In this document: positions 21,484 to 32,160 of the stretch, piece after piece | How positions within the stretch are numbered: position 1 is the first letter of the stretch | Layout: each line of letters begins with the position of its first letter | Source: Nitrospirota bacterium | Lineage (GTDB): Bacteria > Nitrospirota > Nitrospiria > 2-01-FULL-66-17 | Direction of reading: 5' to 3' | NCBI GenBank assembly: GCA_049325335.1 | Contig: JBMOMC010000043.1 | Location: 245,852 to 309,851 of the forward strand | DNA: 64,000 nt | The notes under the pieces: generated by a model | Database searches by the model: none | The model's input: only the letters and a program-made list of their open reading frames with translations | Told to the model about the DNA's origin: nothing | Translations under genes and position numbers: made by a program

Positions 21484-21522
21484 CGCGGGTGCGCCTGTGG
21501 TGTCGGGAATCCGGGCCGGTGA

Positions 21523-21924
21523 TCACAGGGGGGCTTGCGGCTCGGCGTTGAGCCGAGCCAGAAATTCTTCGGGCACGCGCCGCGGTTTACCGCGTTCGTC
21601 CACGCAAACCAGGCGGGCGGCGCCCTCCACGATAAGCCGGTCGTCGCCCGTGCGGTAGATCTCGTGGGCAAAGGTGAGGCTCGTGCGGGTGATGTCCACG
21701 ACGTCGGTGTCGATCTCCAGCACGTCGTTGTACCGGCCGGGGGAGCGGTAGGACACTTCCGTGTGCGCCACCACGAACAGCAGGCCTACGGCCGCGTAGG
21801 CCGCGACCTCGATGCCGCGATCCCGTAGATACTCGGTGCGCGCGCGCTCGAAGTAGCGCAGGAAGTTCGCGTAGTAGACCACGCCGCCGCAATCAGTGTC
21901 CTCGTAGTAGACGCGGATCTGCAT
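21523..21924 (-). CDS. ybgC: YbgC/4HBT-family acyl-CoA thioesterase
   Basis: RVYYEDTDCGGVVYYANFLRYFERARTE. Confidence 0.9.
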   Translation of the reverse strand: MQIRVYYEDTDCGGVVYYANFLRYFERARTEYLRDRGIEVAAYAAVGLLFVVAHTEVSYRSPGRYNDVLEIDTDVVDITRTSLTFAHEIYRTGDDRLIVEGAARLVCVDERGKPRRVPEEFLARLNAEPQAPL

Positions 21925-22829
21925 TACCGTCCCTCCAGTCGGTCGCCATGGGCCTCGACGCGTCGGCCCGCACGGTCGCGCATGCCGCAGGCCATGTACA
22001 GCGTGGTGTGAAGGAGCGCGTGTGCGCCGGTGCGCGACAGGATGATGGCGCCCGCGTCTCCCCCAATCCGCCGGCGCATCCAGCCCATCGCCCGACGACC
22101 CGCGGTCTTGGGCGTGGCGCCGCGCGCCAGGTCCGCCGCGATCAATCGCGCGAGGCCGGCGCGGATAATGGTTTCGCCCGTGCCCGTCATGGACACTGCG
22201 CCGGCCCGATCGTCCGCGTACGTGCCCGCGCCGATCAACGGGCTGTCTCCCACGCGGCCCGGCAACATGCGGGTGATGCCGCCGGTGGAGGTCGCGGCCG
22301 CGACGTGTCCGCGCGCGTCGATCGCCACCGCGCCGACCGTGCCGGAAGCGGGCTTGGCCGATTTCATCACTCGGCGATAGAGCGTGTTCCAGGAGGCCGA
22401 CGTCACCGGACGCGGCTCCGACGAGCGGGGAATCTTCTGGGAGCGCGCGAATCGTTCGGCCCATGGACCCACCAGGAGCACGTGCGGCGATGCATCCATC
22501 ACCCGCCGCGCCGCGCGCACCGGATTGCGGATGCCGGTGACCGCGGCCACGGCCCCGGCCGCAAGGGTGCGGCCGTCCATGATCGAGGCGTCGCGCCGCG
22601 CCACGCCATCCAGTTGCCGATACGCGCCCGAGCCCGCGTTGAACCGCCCGCTGGATTCCAGCACTACCACCGCGGCCTCCACGGCCTCTACCGGCGAGCC
22701 GCCGTGTTCGAGCAGCGCGTACCCCGCGTCTAATGCCTGCGCGATGACGGCCAACGCGCGGGCGCCGGGACGACGGCTGCCGCACCCCCCGTGCACGAGC
22801 AGGATCGGCGCGCGGCTCCGCGCCCTCAC
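21924..22829 (-). CDS. Isoaspartyl peptidase/L-asparaginase
   Basis: VHGG, FNAG.G, DASIMDG, GTVGAVA, ATSTGG, GRVGDSP; GTGA overlap with the upstream gene. Confidence 0.93.
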   Translation of the reverse strand: MRARSRAPILLVHGGCGSRRPGARALAVIAQALDAGYALLEHGGSPVEAVEAAVVVLESSGRFNAGSGAYRQLDGVARRDASIMDGRTLAAGAVAAVTGIRNPVRAARRVMDASPHVLLVGPWAERFARSQKIPRSSEPRPVTSASWNTLYRRVMKSAKPASGTVGAVAIDARGHVAAATSTGGITRMLPGRVGDSPLIGAGTYADDRAGAVSMTGTGETIIRAGLARLIAADLARGATPKTAGRRAMGWMRRRIGGDAGAIILSRTGAHALLHTTLYMACGMRDRAGRRVEAHGDRLEGR

Positions 22830-24676
22830 GGCGCGGGCTCGACGCGCCCGCCGAGGTGTGTGGCCAGGAAGCGTTCCGCGACCGCGTAGAATCGCAGCCG
22901 GTTTTCGGGTTTGGCGAACCCGTGGCCCTCGTCCGGGAACAACACGTACTCGTACGGAATACCCTTGCGTTTCATGGCGTCCACGATCTGTTCGGACTCG
23001 GCTTGTTTCACGCGCGGGTCGTTCGCGCCGTGGGCGATGAGGATCGGCGCCTTGATGCGATCCACGAAGAACAAGGGCGACCGGCTCTTGAGAAAGGCGG
23101 CTTCGGTCGCGGGGTTGCCCACCCGTCGATGCTCGATGGCGCGGAACGTCTCCCAGTAGGGAGGGATGGTCTCGATCATAGTGATTAGATTGCTGGGACC
23201 CACGATGTCCACCGCGCAGCAAAATAGATCCGGCGTGAATGTTGCGCCGACCAACGCGGCATAACCGCCGTACGACCCCCCGTAAATGGCCACGCGTGTC
23301 GGGTCCGCGATCCCGGCTCCGACCGCCCATTGTACGGCATCAATCAGGTCGTCATGCATCTTGCCGCCCCATTCCTTGTCCCCCGCGTTCAGAAAGCGCT
23401 TGCCGAATCCGGTCGAACCCCGGAAATTGATCTGCAAACACGCGTAGCCGCGGTTGGCCAGCCACTGGGCTTCCGGGTCATAACCCCACGTGTCGCGCGC
23501 GTGCGGGCCGCCGTGGACATTGACGACCATGGGTAGGCCGCGACGCTCCGGCCCTGGCGGGTACGTAAGGTAGCCGCGTAATGTGAGACCGTCGCGCGAC
23601 GTGAGATCGAGCGGCTCCATCGGCGCCAAGGTGAAATTGAGCAGATCCGGCTTGCTGTGAAAGAGCAGGCGGCCGCGTGTGCTGCGGCGGTCATAGGCGA
23701 AAAACGCGGTGGGTTCGCGATCCGACGTAAACGCCACGATCCAGGTATGATCCGCGTGGTCGCGGCTCATGATGGACGCATCGCCGTGGTGGAGGCCGCG
23801 GATCGCGTCAAAATCTTTGCGGATCGACGGGTCGAGCACGGTCCACTCGGTCCGAGCGCGATCAAACGCCACGGCCTGGATCTCGTACGTGTCCGGGTGG
23901 ATCATGACTCCGCCGATGTCGAACTGCTCGTCGTGCGCCAGCACGCGGCGGTTGGCGTCGGCGAGCCGCAGCTCGACCAGTTGGTTCGTGTCGCTCCCGC
24001 TGGCATCCTCGAGGTAGATCGAGGTGCCGTCTTTTGAGAAACCCACGGGTTGGCTGTTGAGACTGTCGTCCGCGCTCCAGGTAAGAAGTGTTCGCCAGGT
24101 GGTCTCCGGGGAGTCACGAATCAATAGCTCGAACCCTCCGTCCGGCGTGGCCTTGAGCGCGCCGCGCACGTCAAAGCGCGCGTCCGTGACCCATGATGCC
24201 ACGTCGCCCGGGTTCTTGGCCGCCGGACGCATGTCGCCCGTGCGCAGGTCCAGACGGTACACGTCGTGGTACCGCGCATCGTCCTTGTTCATGGCGATCA
24301 GCAGTTCGTGCGGGAAATGCTTGTCGCGATCCACGATTTGTACCTGCACCTCGGGAAACGGCGTGAGATCGCGGACGACCTTGGTGTCCACGTGGACTGC
24401 ATAGAGCCGCCAGTTCTCATCGCCGCCGATGTCCTGCAGGTACACGATGTGGTGTCCGTCCGCGGCCCACAAATAGAACCGGATCCCGCGGTCGTGGTCG
24501 TCCGTGACCGGCTGGGCGTCGGTTCCATCGCTTGAACCCACCCATACGTTGAGCACGTTGTTGACCGGCGCGAGAAACGCGAGGCGTGTCCCGTCGGGAG
24601 AAATCTGGGGGCTCGTGCGCACTGGGTTGCCGAACAGCACGGTGCGGGGGATCAAGGGCGGTTGCGCGGTCGTCAT
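22826..24676 (-). CDS. S9 family serine peptidase
   Basis: Beta-propeller, VHGGP, GGSYGG, GANDPRV, DEGHGF. Confidence 0.95.
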   Translation of the reverse strand: MTTAQPPLIPRTVLFGNPVRTSPQISPDGTRLAFLAPVNNVLNVWVGSSDGTDAQPVTDDHDRGIRFYLWAADGHHIVYLQDIGGDENWRLYAVHVDTKVVRDLTPFPEVQVQIVDRDKHFPHELLIAMNKDDARYHDVYRLDLRTGDMRPAAKNPGDVASWVTDARFDVRGALKATPDGGFELLIRDSPETTWRTLLTWSADDSLNSQPVGFSKDGTSIYLEDASGSDTNQLVELRLADANRRVLAHDEQFDIGGVMIHPDTYEIQAVAFDRARTEWTVLDPSIRKDFDAIRGLHHGDASIMSRDHADHTWIVAFTSDREPTAFFAYDRRSTRGRLLFHSKPDLLNFTLAPMEPLDLTSRDGLTLRGYLTYPPGPERRGLPMVVNVHGGPHARDTWGYDPEAQWLANRGYACLQINFRGSTGFGKRFLNAGDKEWGGKMHDDLIDAVQWAVGAGIADPTRVAIYGGSYGGYAALVGATFTPDLFCCAVDIVGPSNLITMIETIPPYWETFRAIEHRRVGNPATEAAFLKSRSPLFFVDRIKAPILIAHGANDPRVKQAESEQIVDAMKRKGIPYEYVLFPDEGHGFAKPENRLRFYAVAERFLATHLGGRVEPAP

Positions 24677-24714
24677 AGGATGGTCGTTGGATGCCGGTTG
24701 ATGGTCTGGTATTG

Positions 24715-24742
24715 GTAGGGGCGCACGGCCGTGCGCCCCTAC
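24715..24742. repeat. GTAG-type REP palindrome supplying the stop codon of the NTPase gene
   Basis: Perfect palindrome GTAGGGGCGCACGGCCGTGCGCCCCTAC. Confidence 0.9.
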
Positions 24743-25281
24743 GTGGTCATGGGCAAATGAATCAGGGCCATGACCACGGCTTGTTTGGCGTACGCGCGGC
24801 GCGTGAGGCGGCCGTTGGTCAACACGCCGATCGCGCCTTCCGCCGCGCCCAGCTTTGCGTTGTTGCTCAACCCCGCTTTCACGAACGCCTGGGTCACGTC
24901 CAGACCCTCGTCGATCACGAGCCGCACCACCTCCGGAGGATATTCGAACGCCGAGGCCAGACCCAGGTGGTCGCGGCGGCCGTCAAAGATCGCGCACGCG
25001 CACACGTTCATGTAGCCGCTCTGCGTGTGCGGGACCGCGAACAACCCGTCTTCGATGCCGACACTCAGGGCGCAATGTCCGAACGCGTTCCGCGCGCGGT
25101 TGATGGCGCCGCGCAGCGTGTCATCCAATGACGTGGGTTGTTCGGCGACTCCGGTAGCCACGTCGCGCGGGACCAGGTTGAGCGCGCCGAAGCGCCCTGA
25201 TTCGGCAAACACCTCGCGCACGGCGTCGATTTTTACGGGGTTGGTGGAGCCGATGTGAACAATAAACGGAACGTCGGACAT
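24739..25281 (-). CDS. yjjX: Inosine/xanthosine triphosphatase (YjjX family)
   Basis: GSTNPVK, GV.EQP, GA.NRA, GIEDG, GAIG.LT.G...R. Confidence 0.9.
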   Translation of the reverse strand: MSDVPFIVHIGSTNPVKIDAVREVFAESGRFGALNLVPRDVATGVAEQPTSLDDTLRGAINRARNAFGHCALSVGIEDGLFAVPHTQSGYMNVCACAIFDGRRDHLGLASAFEYPPEVVRLVIDEGLDVTQAFVKAGLSNNAKLGAAEGAIGVLTNGRLTRRAYAKQAVVMALIHLPMTT

Positions 25282-25300
25282 AACGATGGGACGTGGTAGG

Positions 25301-25690
25301 CTACCCCCCGATCACCGCGTCGGCTTCGATCTCCACTAGCATGTCGGGGGCGATGAGGCGGCTGACTTCGACCATGGTGGTGGCGGGCCTGACCGCGGAG
25401 AAGACTTCGCCGTGAGCCTTGCCGATCTGTTCCCATTCCGCGATGTTGGTCGCAAAGATCCGAGTGCGTACCACGTCGTCGATCCGCGCGCCAGCCTGTT
25501 CCAGCGCCGCCTGAATGTTCTTGAGCGCCTGTTTGGTCTGCGTGTAGGCATCACCCGGTCCCACAATTTTACCGTCCGGGCCCGTGGCCGTGGTGCCTGA
25601 AACAAACACGCGCGCCCCGACCTTCACCGCGCGTGAGTACCCGATGATGGGTTCCCATTTGCTGCCGGTGGAAATATTCTCGCGACTCAT
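25301..25690 (-). CDS. RidA/YjgF family protein
   Basis: WE...GYSRAV, FVSGTT, RPA.TMVEV, VEIEADA. Confidence 0.92.
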   Translation of the reverse strand: MSRENISTGSKWEPIIGYSRAVKVGARVFVSGTTATGPDGKIVGPGDAYTQTKQALKNIQAALEQAGARIDDVVRTRIFATNIAEWEQIGKAHGEVFSAVRPATTMVEVSRLIAPDMLVEIEADAVIGG

Positions 25691-25784
25691 CTCGCTCCCT
25701 CCTGACTGGTGAGGCCGCAGTATGCCACAGCGCGGAGCGATTTTGCTAAGATGGACGGACCCATAAACCCGGAGCAACACGCCG

Positions 25785-27269
25785 ATGTCGCCTGAGTCGT
25801 TACCCATGGCCTACTCGCCAACGCCGCTGTCACTCTTGCCCCGCATGGCCAACCGACATGGACTGATCGCGGGCGCGACCGGGACGGGCAAGACCGTGAC
25901 ATTGCGCGTGCTGGCGGAGCAGTTCTCGCGCATCGGCGTGCCGGTGGTGATGGCGGACGTGAAGGGGGATCTGTCGGGGTTGGCGCAGCCCGGCGCGGAA
26001 CACCCGAAGGTCAGCGAGCGCGTGCAAAAACTCGGGCTCAAAGATTTTGCGTTCGCGCCCTGTCCGGTGGTGTTTTGGGACGTGTTCGGCGAGCAGGGAC
26101 ATCCGCTGCGCGCCACGGTGTCGGACATGGGGCCATTGTTGTTGGGCCGCCTGTTGAATCTCAACGAGACCCAAGGCGGGGTGTTATCCGCGGTGTTTTC
26201 GTTCGCGGACGAACAAGGGCTGTTGCTGTTGGATATGAAGGATCTGCGCGCGTTGTTACAACATGCGGCGGTCAATGCCAAGACGCTCAAAGCGCGTTAC
26301 GGCAACGTCACGAGCGCCACCGTGGGGGCGATCCAACGCGGGCTGCTGGCGCTGGAGGAGCAGGGAGGCGATCGCTTTTTCGGCGAGCCGGCGTTGGATC
26401 TGAACGATCTGATGCGCGCCGGACTGGACGGCCGCGGGGTGGTGAACATTTTGGCCGCGGACAAACTGTTTCAGGCCCCGACCTTATATGCCACGGTGTT
26501 GCTCTGGATGCTCGCCGAGCTGTTCGAGAACCTGCCCGAGGTCGGTGATCCGGACAAACCCAAGTTGGTCGTCTTCTTCGACGAGGCCCACCTGTTGTTC
26601 GCGGACGCGCCCAAGGCGTTGCAGGACAAGATCGAGCAGGTGGTGCGGCTCATTCGCTCCAAGGGCGTGGGTGTGTACTTCGTGACGCAGACGCCGTTGG
26701 ATATTCCCGACGCGGTGTTGGGCCAGCTCGGCAACCGCGTGCAACACGCCTTGCGCGCGTTCACGCCGCGCGATCAAAAGGCGGTCAAGGCCGCGGCGCA
26801 GACGTTCCGCGACAATCCGAAGCTGGATGTTGAATCCGCCATCACGGAACTTGGCGTTGGTGAGGCCTTAGTGTCATTCCTCGATGAACAAGGCCGGCCC
26901 TCGGTCGTTGAACGCGCGTTGGTACGACCGCCCGCCAGCCGCTTGGCCCCGCTCGCGCCCGCGGAGCGGCAGGAGGTGATGCGTCGATCCCCGGTGTCCG
27001 GGCGGTACGAGCAGACGGTAGATCGTGAGTCCGCGCATGAACGGTTGTCCGCGCGCGTGGGAGGCGGCGAGTCGTCGGCCGGTCCAGCGCGGCTCCCGGC
27101 CGATGCTACGCTCCCGCCGAAGCCGACCACGCGGCAGGTCCCGAGCGTGGTCGGAGCCGCGGCCATGAGCGCGGCGCGCGCGATCGGGAGCCAAATCGGC
27201 CGGGAACTGATTCGGGGGGTGCTGGGGTCGCTGCTGGGCGGCGGAACCGCTGGACGCCGCCGTCGATAG
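25785..27269 (+). CDS. HerA-like ATPase (DUF853/YjgR)
   Basis: [51 protein letters not shown]. Confidence 0.93.
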   Translation: MSPESLPMAYSPTPLSLLPRMANRHGLIAGATGTGKTVTLRVLAEQFSRIGVPVVMADVKGDLSGLAQPGAEHPKVSERVQKLGLKDFAFAPCPVVFWDVFGEQGHPLRATVSDMGPLLLGRLLNLNETQGGVLSAVFSFADEQGLLLLDMKDLRALLQHAAVNAKTLKARYGNVTSATVGAIQRGLLALEEQGGDRFFGEPALDLNDLMRAGLDGRGVVNILAADKLFQAPTLYATVLLWMLAELFENLPEVGDPDKPKLVVFFDEAHLLFADAPKALQDKIEQVVRLIRSKGVGVYFVTQTPLDIPDAVLGQLGNRVQHALRAFTPRDQKAVKAAAQTFRDNPKLDVESAITELGVGEALVSFLDEQGRPSVVERALVRPPASRLAPLAPAERQEVMRRSPVSGRYEQTVDRESAHERLSARVGGGESSAGPARLPADATLPPKPTTRQVPSVVGAAAMSAARAIGSQIGRELIRGVLGSLLGGGTAGRRRR

Positions 27270-27292
27270 TCGGCTGCAAAAGACGTGACAAG

Positions 27293-27375
27293 CGTGGTTC
27301 GACAGGCTCACCACGAACGGAATACGCATTCGAACATCGCGTTCCAACTCCGTTCGTCCTGAGCTTGTCGAAGGA
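27293..27375. repeat. Two-arm inverted repeat element (MITE/REPIN-like) of the GTGGTTCGACA family
   Basis: TTCGACAGGCTCACCACGAACGG ... CCGTTCGTCCTGAGCTTGTCGAA; lies between convergent genes. Confidence 0.85.
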
Positions 27376-27377
27376 CC

Positions 27378-28685
27378 CTACTGGGGAACCTGGATCGAGA
27401 GTTCGGCCAACACGAGCCGTTCCGGGTCCGGGGCCTTGCGCGATTCCCGCAGCAAGACGGATGCGTCGGGCAGAACGCGGCCTTCAAAGCTCACGGTGCC
27501 GTTGGTCAGTACGGTCACGGGTCGGCTGAAGTCGATCTGATCCCGGCCCAGCAGCAGCGTGTAGCGGGTCACGCGTTCGGCGCGCACCGCGATTGTGTTG
27601 TTCTTGATTCGGGCATTGACCCGGGCCCAGGCCCCGTCCTGCAATCGGCGGCTCTCCTCCTTGTCGAACTCCGATGTCCAGAACGAGGCGGCGTCCCGGC
27701 TTTCGTCGATCCGGACCCAATAGAGGCGGCCGGTGTGGTCGCGGTCTCGCACCACGGTCAAGCGGTCGGGTACCCCCAGACGATGGCGCACTGAAAGCCA
27801 TTCGACCAAATCCGGGAGTTCCTCCTGCGGGAAGAAATGGCCGCCGGCCATGGGGTGTTCTTTTTCATGTTCTCGGTACACGACTTGAAACCCGTTCTTC
27901 TGAAGGTATGAGACGATGTCCCGGCTGTATGTGACCGGCATCACCTCGTCGCGGGCGCCGTGGATTATGTAAAAGCGGGTGTGACGCGCGTTGTCCAATA
28001 ACGGGTATAGGCCGCGCGGCAGCGCCGAAGCCATGGGCACCAGCGCGGCAAAGCGGTCCGCGTGGTTCAGCCCGATCACGAAGACGCCGGTCCCGCCGTT
28101 GGACATGCCGGTCAACATGACGCGATCCGGATCGATCCGGTAGACGCGGGACACTTCGGCGAGCACCGCCATCACCAATTCTTCCGCCTGGTTGGTCCAC
28201 CAGGCGGCGTCTTTGATCGTGGGGCAGGCCAAGATAAAGCCGTCTTTGAGGCGCGGCTGCCAGCGGTCCAGGTATGTTTCGCCCCCGAAGCCGGCGCCGT
28301 GCAAACAAATCACCAGAGGGTAGGCGCGGTCCGCGCGATACGATGCGGGCACGTAGAGCGCATAGTGAAACGTGCGATTGCCGACCTGGAACCGGCGTCC
28401 CGGCTGTTTGCCCACCGGAGCGTCCGGTAGGGTTGGAGCGATGATAGCCTGGTGCACCGCGTTTTCGAGGTCATCCACCGGCCTCGTCGCCAGCTCCGGC
28501 AGCAACCGTTCGGCCTGCTCGTCGCTCGCGGTCAAGTACGCCCGAACCCCGGACAGGGCGTCCGGCGTGGGCGCGGACCACTGCCGGGGGGACGGGCAGC
28601 CCGCAAGGAGCGCGACCAGAATCGTCAGCACGCACCGGCGACCGAACGAGGTCCGGGGTCGGACACGCATGTCGCCACGGTACAC
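27378..28685 (-). CDS. Alpha/beta hydrolase (esterase/phospholipase-like) lipoprotein
   Basis: Lipobox LAGC, LHG, G.SNGG, HG..D, GGH. Confidence 0.85.
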   Translation of the reverse strand: MYRGDMRVRPRTSFGRRCVLTILVALLAGCPSPRQWSAPTPDALSGVRAYLTASDEQAERLLPELATRPVDDLENAVHQAIIAPTLPDAPVGKQPGRRFQVGNRTFHYALYVPASYRADRAYPLVICLHGAGFGGETYLDRWQPRLKDGFILACPTIKDAAWWTNQAEELVMAVLAEVSRVYRIDPDRVMLTGMSNGGTGVFVIGLNHADRFAALVPMASALPRGLYPLLDNARHTRFYIIHGARDEVMPVTYSRDIVSYLQKNGFQVVYREHEKEHPMAGGHFFPQEELPDLVEWLSVRHRLGVPDRLTVVRDRDHTGRLYWVRIDESRDAASFWTSEFDKEESRRLQDGAWARVNARIKNNTIAVRAERVTRYTLLLGRDQIDFSRPVTVLTNGTVSFEGRVLPDASVLLRESRKAPDPERLVLAELSIQVPQ

Positions 28686-28793
28686 GGCTCGTCCTCGGAA
28701 TGTAAAGGTTGCCGGATACGGTGATCGGAAAAAGTGGTGGTGGCGGACCGGGGTTTTTCGTTACACTGGGCCACGACTCGCTTCGGAGGTCCC

Positions 28794-29159
28794 ATGGACA
28801 GTGATGACGTCCGTCCGCCCTCGCCGTGGCAGGTTCCGGTCGGGGTTGCGATTTTTACAGTCACCGGCGTGTTGGTCGGCCTGTACTTGGATCACTGGGG
28901 CATCGTGATCGGCGGGGCGATCTTCGGGGCGTTGATCGGCGTGGGTGTGGGCAAGCTGGGCGCGCACCGGTTTTTCCTGAGTGTGGCCGTGGGCACCGTG
29001 ATCGGCGCCTTGGTCGGGTGGCGCGCGGGCGGACCCGCGGTGGTGCCGATGATGGCCGGGACCGGGAGCGCGGTGGGCGGGTTCGTGGGGATTACGATCG
29101 AAATGTTGGTCGGCGCGCGCCAACACCAAGGTGAGAAGCGCGCGCCGGGTTCGCGATGA
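28794..29159 (+). CDS. Gly-rich small membrane protein
   Basis: SD GGAGG, four hydrophobic Gly-zipper helices. Confidence 0.65.
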   Translation: MDSDDVRPPSPWQVPVGVAIFTVTGVLVGLYLDHWGIVIGGAIFGALIGVGVGKLGAHRFFLSVAVGTVIGALVGWRAGGPAVVPMMAGTGSAVGGFVGITIEMLVGARQHQGEKRAPGSR

Positions 29160-29356
29160 CCTCGGTCCGCGCGGCGCGGGGAATGGGCCGTCTTTTTTTC
29201 GTCACCGGGTTTATCTTCGCCGTGGTGGGGCTCACGTCACATGATCGGGTGTGGCTCAGGGCCGGTGTGGCGCTGCTCGTCACCGGGATCGCGGCCACGG
29301 GGTACGCGTTGTACCGGCAAATCACCGGCCCACGATCACACCACCCACGGTCCTAA
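29156..29356 (+). CDS. Small two-TM hypothetical protein
   Basis: ATGA overlap with the upstream gene; two hydrophobic segments. Confidence 0.55.
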   Translation: MTSVRAARGMGRLFFVTGFIFAVVGLTSHDRVWLRAGVALLVTGIAATGYALYRQITGPRSHHPRS

Positions 29357-29371
29357 CCCGGGCCGCTGCGC

Positions 29372-29974
29372 TCAGTCCGAATCGCAGGACGCGCAGTCTC
29401 GGCAGTCCGGCCGGGGCTCGTAATCGATCACGCGCCCGTATCGATCCAGTTCAACGTGACAACACGCCAACAACATGGCCTTGACCTGCTCGCGGCCGCG
29501 TTGCACGCGCGACTTGGCGCCGGAGAGCGAGAGCCCCAGTGCTTCCGCCAACTCCCGCTGGGTGCGGCCCTCGATCTCGGTCAACGTGAGGGCTCGCCGA
29601 TAGGGTTCGGGCAGGCGGTCGATGAGCGGCCGCACGCAACCCGCGAGTTCTTCGACCGCGGACGCGGGTTCTTGAACCTCGGCGGCCAGATCGTCGGGGA
29701 GTTCGACCGCTGCGGGCCCCGACGCGCGGCGCCGAAGATGGTCGATCACCGTGTGGCGCGCGATCTGGTAAATCCACGCGGGCAACCGTTCGGTGTCCGC
29801 GAGCCCGCCCAGGCCCGCGTGGATTTTGATGAAGACCATTTGCAGGATGTCGTCGGCATCCGCGTCGTCGCCGACGCGACGGCGGATAAATTGCCGCACC
29901 GGGTCCGCGAACGCGGCCCAGACCGTGTCCGTGGACGGTCGCTCAGCGGGCGGGTCGATCGATGCGCCCTTCAT
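29372..29974 (-). CDS. sigZ: ECF RNA polymerase sigma factor, SigZ type (start uncertain)
   Basis: DDILQ.VF.K, WIYQIAR...ID, SLSGAKSRVQRGR, CC...D..G. Confidence 0.88.
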   Translation of the reverse strand: MKGASIDPPAERPSTDTVWAAFADPVRQFIRRRVGDDADADDILQMVFIKIHAGLGGLADTERLPAWIYQIARHTVIDHLRRRASGPAAVELPDDLAAEVQEPASAVEELAGCVRPLIDRLPEPYRRALTLTEIEGRTQRELAEALGLSLSGAKSRVQRGREQVKAMLLACCHVELDRYGRVIDYEPRPDCRDCASCDSD

Positions 29975-30392
29975 CAAGGTCGATCAAATCGAACAGGCTC
30001 AGCGCGGCCACGTCACAACGCGCCGCCACGTCTGGATACATTTGGGCGCGACGCGTCGCCCGCTCGGGATCCGGACGATACGCGTCGATCGCCGCAACCC
30101 ACGCCCGCTTCTCCGCGGCGGAGTGAGGCACGGCGTGTCGCTCCACCCACGCCAGGACCGAGGCGTCGTCCGGCGCGGCGAGAATCGCGGCGCGAAGAGC
30201 TTCGCGGTCGAGGCCCGTGAACGCGAGGAATCGTCCGTCCAACGTAAGTTCCGGGCCCAGTAATTGCGGGTGGTACTCAGGCGGCAACCGGCCTTGGGCG
30301 TGCAACCGGACCTTGTCGATTAATCGGGGAAGGAAGACATAGTCTCCGAGCGTCTCGCGCGGGGAGCGAAGGGGCGGCACGAGCGCGCTCAT
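29943..30392 (-). CDS. DUF5069-like protein
   Basis: LRSPRE.LG....LPR.IDK.R, D..FL.F.G, FD.ID.DEGR. Confidence 0.8.
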   Translation of the reverse strand: MSALVPPLRSPRETLGDYVFLPRLIDKVRLHAQGRLPPEYHPQLLGPELTLDGRFLAFTGLDREALRAAILAAPDDASVLAWVERHAVPHSAAEKRAWVAAIDAYRPDPERATRRAQMYPDVAARCDVAALSLFDLIDLDEGRIDRPAR

Positions 30393-31537
30393 GCCGCCAG
30401 CGCCTGGGAAAAGTCTGCGATCAAATCGTCCGTGTCCTCGATGCCGACCGAGATTCGGACCAACCCGTCGGAGATGCCGAGTCGTCGGCGGTCCGCGGCG
30501 GACATGCCCGCGTGCGAGGTGGTGGCGGGCCGGGTGATGAGTGATTCCACCCCGCCCAGGCTGGGTGCGGAGATGGGAAGCGTGACGCGATGGATCATCC
30601 GGTCGGCCGCGTCCACGCCGCCCCGCAACTCCATGCTCAACACGCCGCCGAATCCGGAGAACAGTTCGGCCGCGCGCGCGTGGTTGGGATGGCGCTTCAA
30701 GCCGGGATAGTTGACCGAGGCGATCGCGGGGTGTTGCGCCAGGAATTCCGCGATGCGCAGCGCGCTCGCGTTCTGGTGGCGCATGCGCACCGCGAGCGTC
30801 TTCATACCCCGGTGCAGGAGAAACGCGGCGTGCGGATCGAGCGATCCGCCGAGGTGATTGAGCCGGTGCGTGATGCGCGTGATCCATGCGTTCGAACCGA
30901 TCACCGCGCCCGCGACAATATCCGAGTGGCCGTTGAGGTACTTGGTCGCGCTGTGAATCGACAGATTGAACCCGACCGCGAACGGCCGAAAGTTCAGGGG
31001 GCTCGCGAGCGTGTTGTCGATCACGGCAAGCAACCCGTGTTGTTCGGCGAACGCCGCGACCGCGCGCAGATCCGCCACCTCCAGCAACGGGTTGGTCATG
31101 GTCTCGACGTAAATGACTTTGGTGGCGGGTTTGAGCAGCCGGGCCCACGACTCCGGGTCGTTCGCGTCGATGAAGTCGTGCGAAATGCCGAACGCGGGCA
31201 GGTCTTTGGTGATCAGATCGTGCGTCCCGCCGTACAGGCAGGCTTGCGCCAGCAGATGATCGCCGGACCCGAGCGCGGTCAACAACGCGGTGGAAATCGC
31301 CGCCATCCCGCTGGCCATCACCACCGCAGCCTCGCCGCCCTCTAAGGCTGCCAGTTTCTGATGCAGGGCGATGTGGTTCGGTGTGTTGTTGAGGCGGATG
31401 TACTTCAGATCGTCATAACTGGCCTCACCGCCGTACTCGAAGTTGGCCGACTGAAAAATCGGCAACGACACTGCGCCGCCAATGCGCGGTGTCGGCTCGC
31501 CGGCGTGGATCAGGAGCGTGTCGATACGGTCGGTCAT
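30389..31537 (-). CDS. Cys/Met metabolism PLP-dependent enzyme (cystathionine/methionine gamma-lyase family)
   Basis: PIFQS, SGMAAI, YGGT, DNT, HSATKYLNGHSD, SLGGVES. Confidence 0.93.
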   Translation of the reverse strand: MTDRIDTLLIHAGEPTPRIGGAVSLPIFQSANFEYGGEASYDDLKYIRLNNTPNHIALHQKLAALEGGEAAVVMASGMAAISTALLTALGSGDHLLAQACLYGGTHDLITKDLPAFGISHDFIDANDPESWARLLKPATKVIYVETMTNPLLEVADLRAVAAFAEQHGLLAVIDNTLASPLNFRPFAVGFNLSIHSATKYLNGHSDIVAGAVIGSNAWITRITHRLNHLGGSLDPHAAFLLHRGMKTLAVRMRHQNASALRIAEFLAQHPAIASVNYPGLKRHPNHARAAELFSGFGGVLSMELRGGVDAADRMIHRVTLPISAPSLGGVESLITRPATTSHAGMSAADRRRLGISDGLVRISVGIEDTDDLIADFSQALAA

Positions 31538-31686
31538 GACGGTCTCCGATGATACCGCAGCATAGGGGTTGTGCGCCTGGCGGGTCAAGGCCGCCGCACG
31601 CGGCGCTTGCTTGACTCGCGCCCCGCCCGCGGGTGAACATGCGCGGGCCGCGTGTCGCGGCCGTGCGGGTCAAGCCGGGAGGAGCC

Positions 31687-32142
31687 ATGGGCGGATTGTT
31701 CAAGGCGATCGTATTCAGCGGGTGTCTGGCGGTGGCGTTTGTCGCGGGGTACTGGCTGGGGAATCACCGACTCGACGACGTGACCGAACACGTCACGTCG
31801 CTCAAGGAAGAACTGGGCGCGAAAACCGCGGCGATCGACCGAGAAATGCTCGCCGTGAAGCGGCGGGAAGCCTTGGCGCAGGCGCGGGAGGCCTTGGCGC
31901 GGGCGCGCGAGGCGCTGGCGGACAAAAACGTCAAAGACGCCCAAGAGGAAATCGCGGTGGCCGCGGAGCGCATCGAGGCCTTGGCGCGGGACGCGGCCTC
32001 GGGAACCAAATCCGCGCTCACCTCGTTGGGTGAGTCGCTCCGGGAGTTGCGAAAAAAAGCGGGCGCGTCGCAGCAAGGCGTTCGTGAACAGCTCCGGAAG
32101 TTGGCGAGGAAGTTGGATGAGGTGGCGCGGAACTGGGAGTAG
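31687..32142 (+). CDS. Membrane-anchored coiled-coil hypothetical protein
   Basis: SD GGAGGAG, N-terminal TM, heptad repeats. Confidence 0.7.
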   Translation: MGGLFKAIVFSGCLAVAFVAGYWLGNHRLDDVTEHVTSLKEELGAKTAAIDREMLAVKRREALAQAREALARAREALADKNVKDAQEEIAVAAERIEALARDAASGTKSALTSLGESLRELRKKAGASQQGVREQLRKLARKLDEVARNWE

Positions 32143-32160
32143 AGGGCTCGTTCCGCAGGT

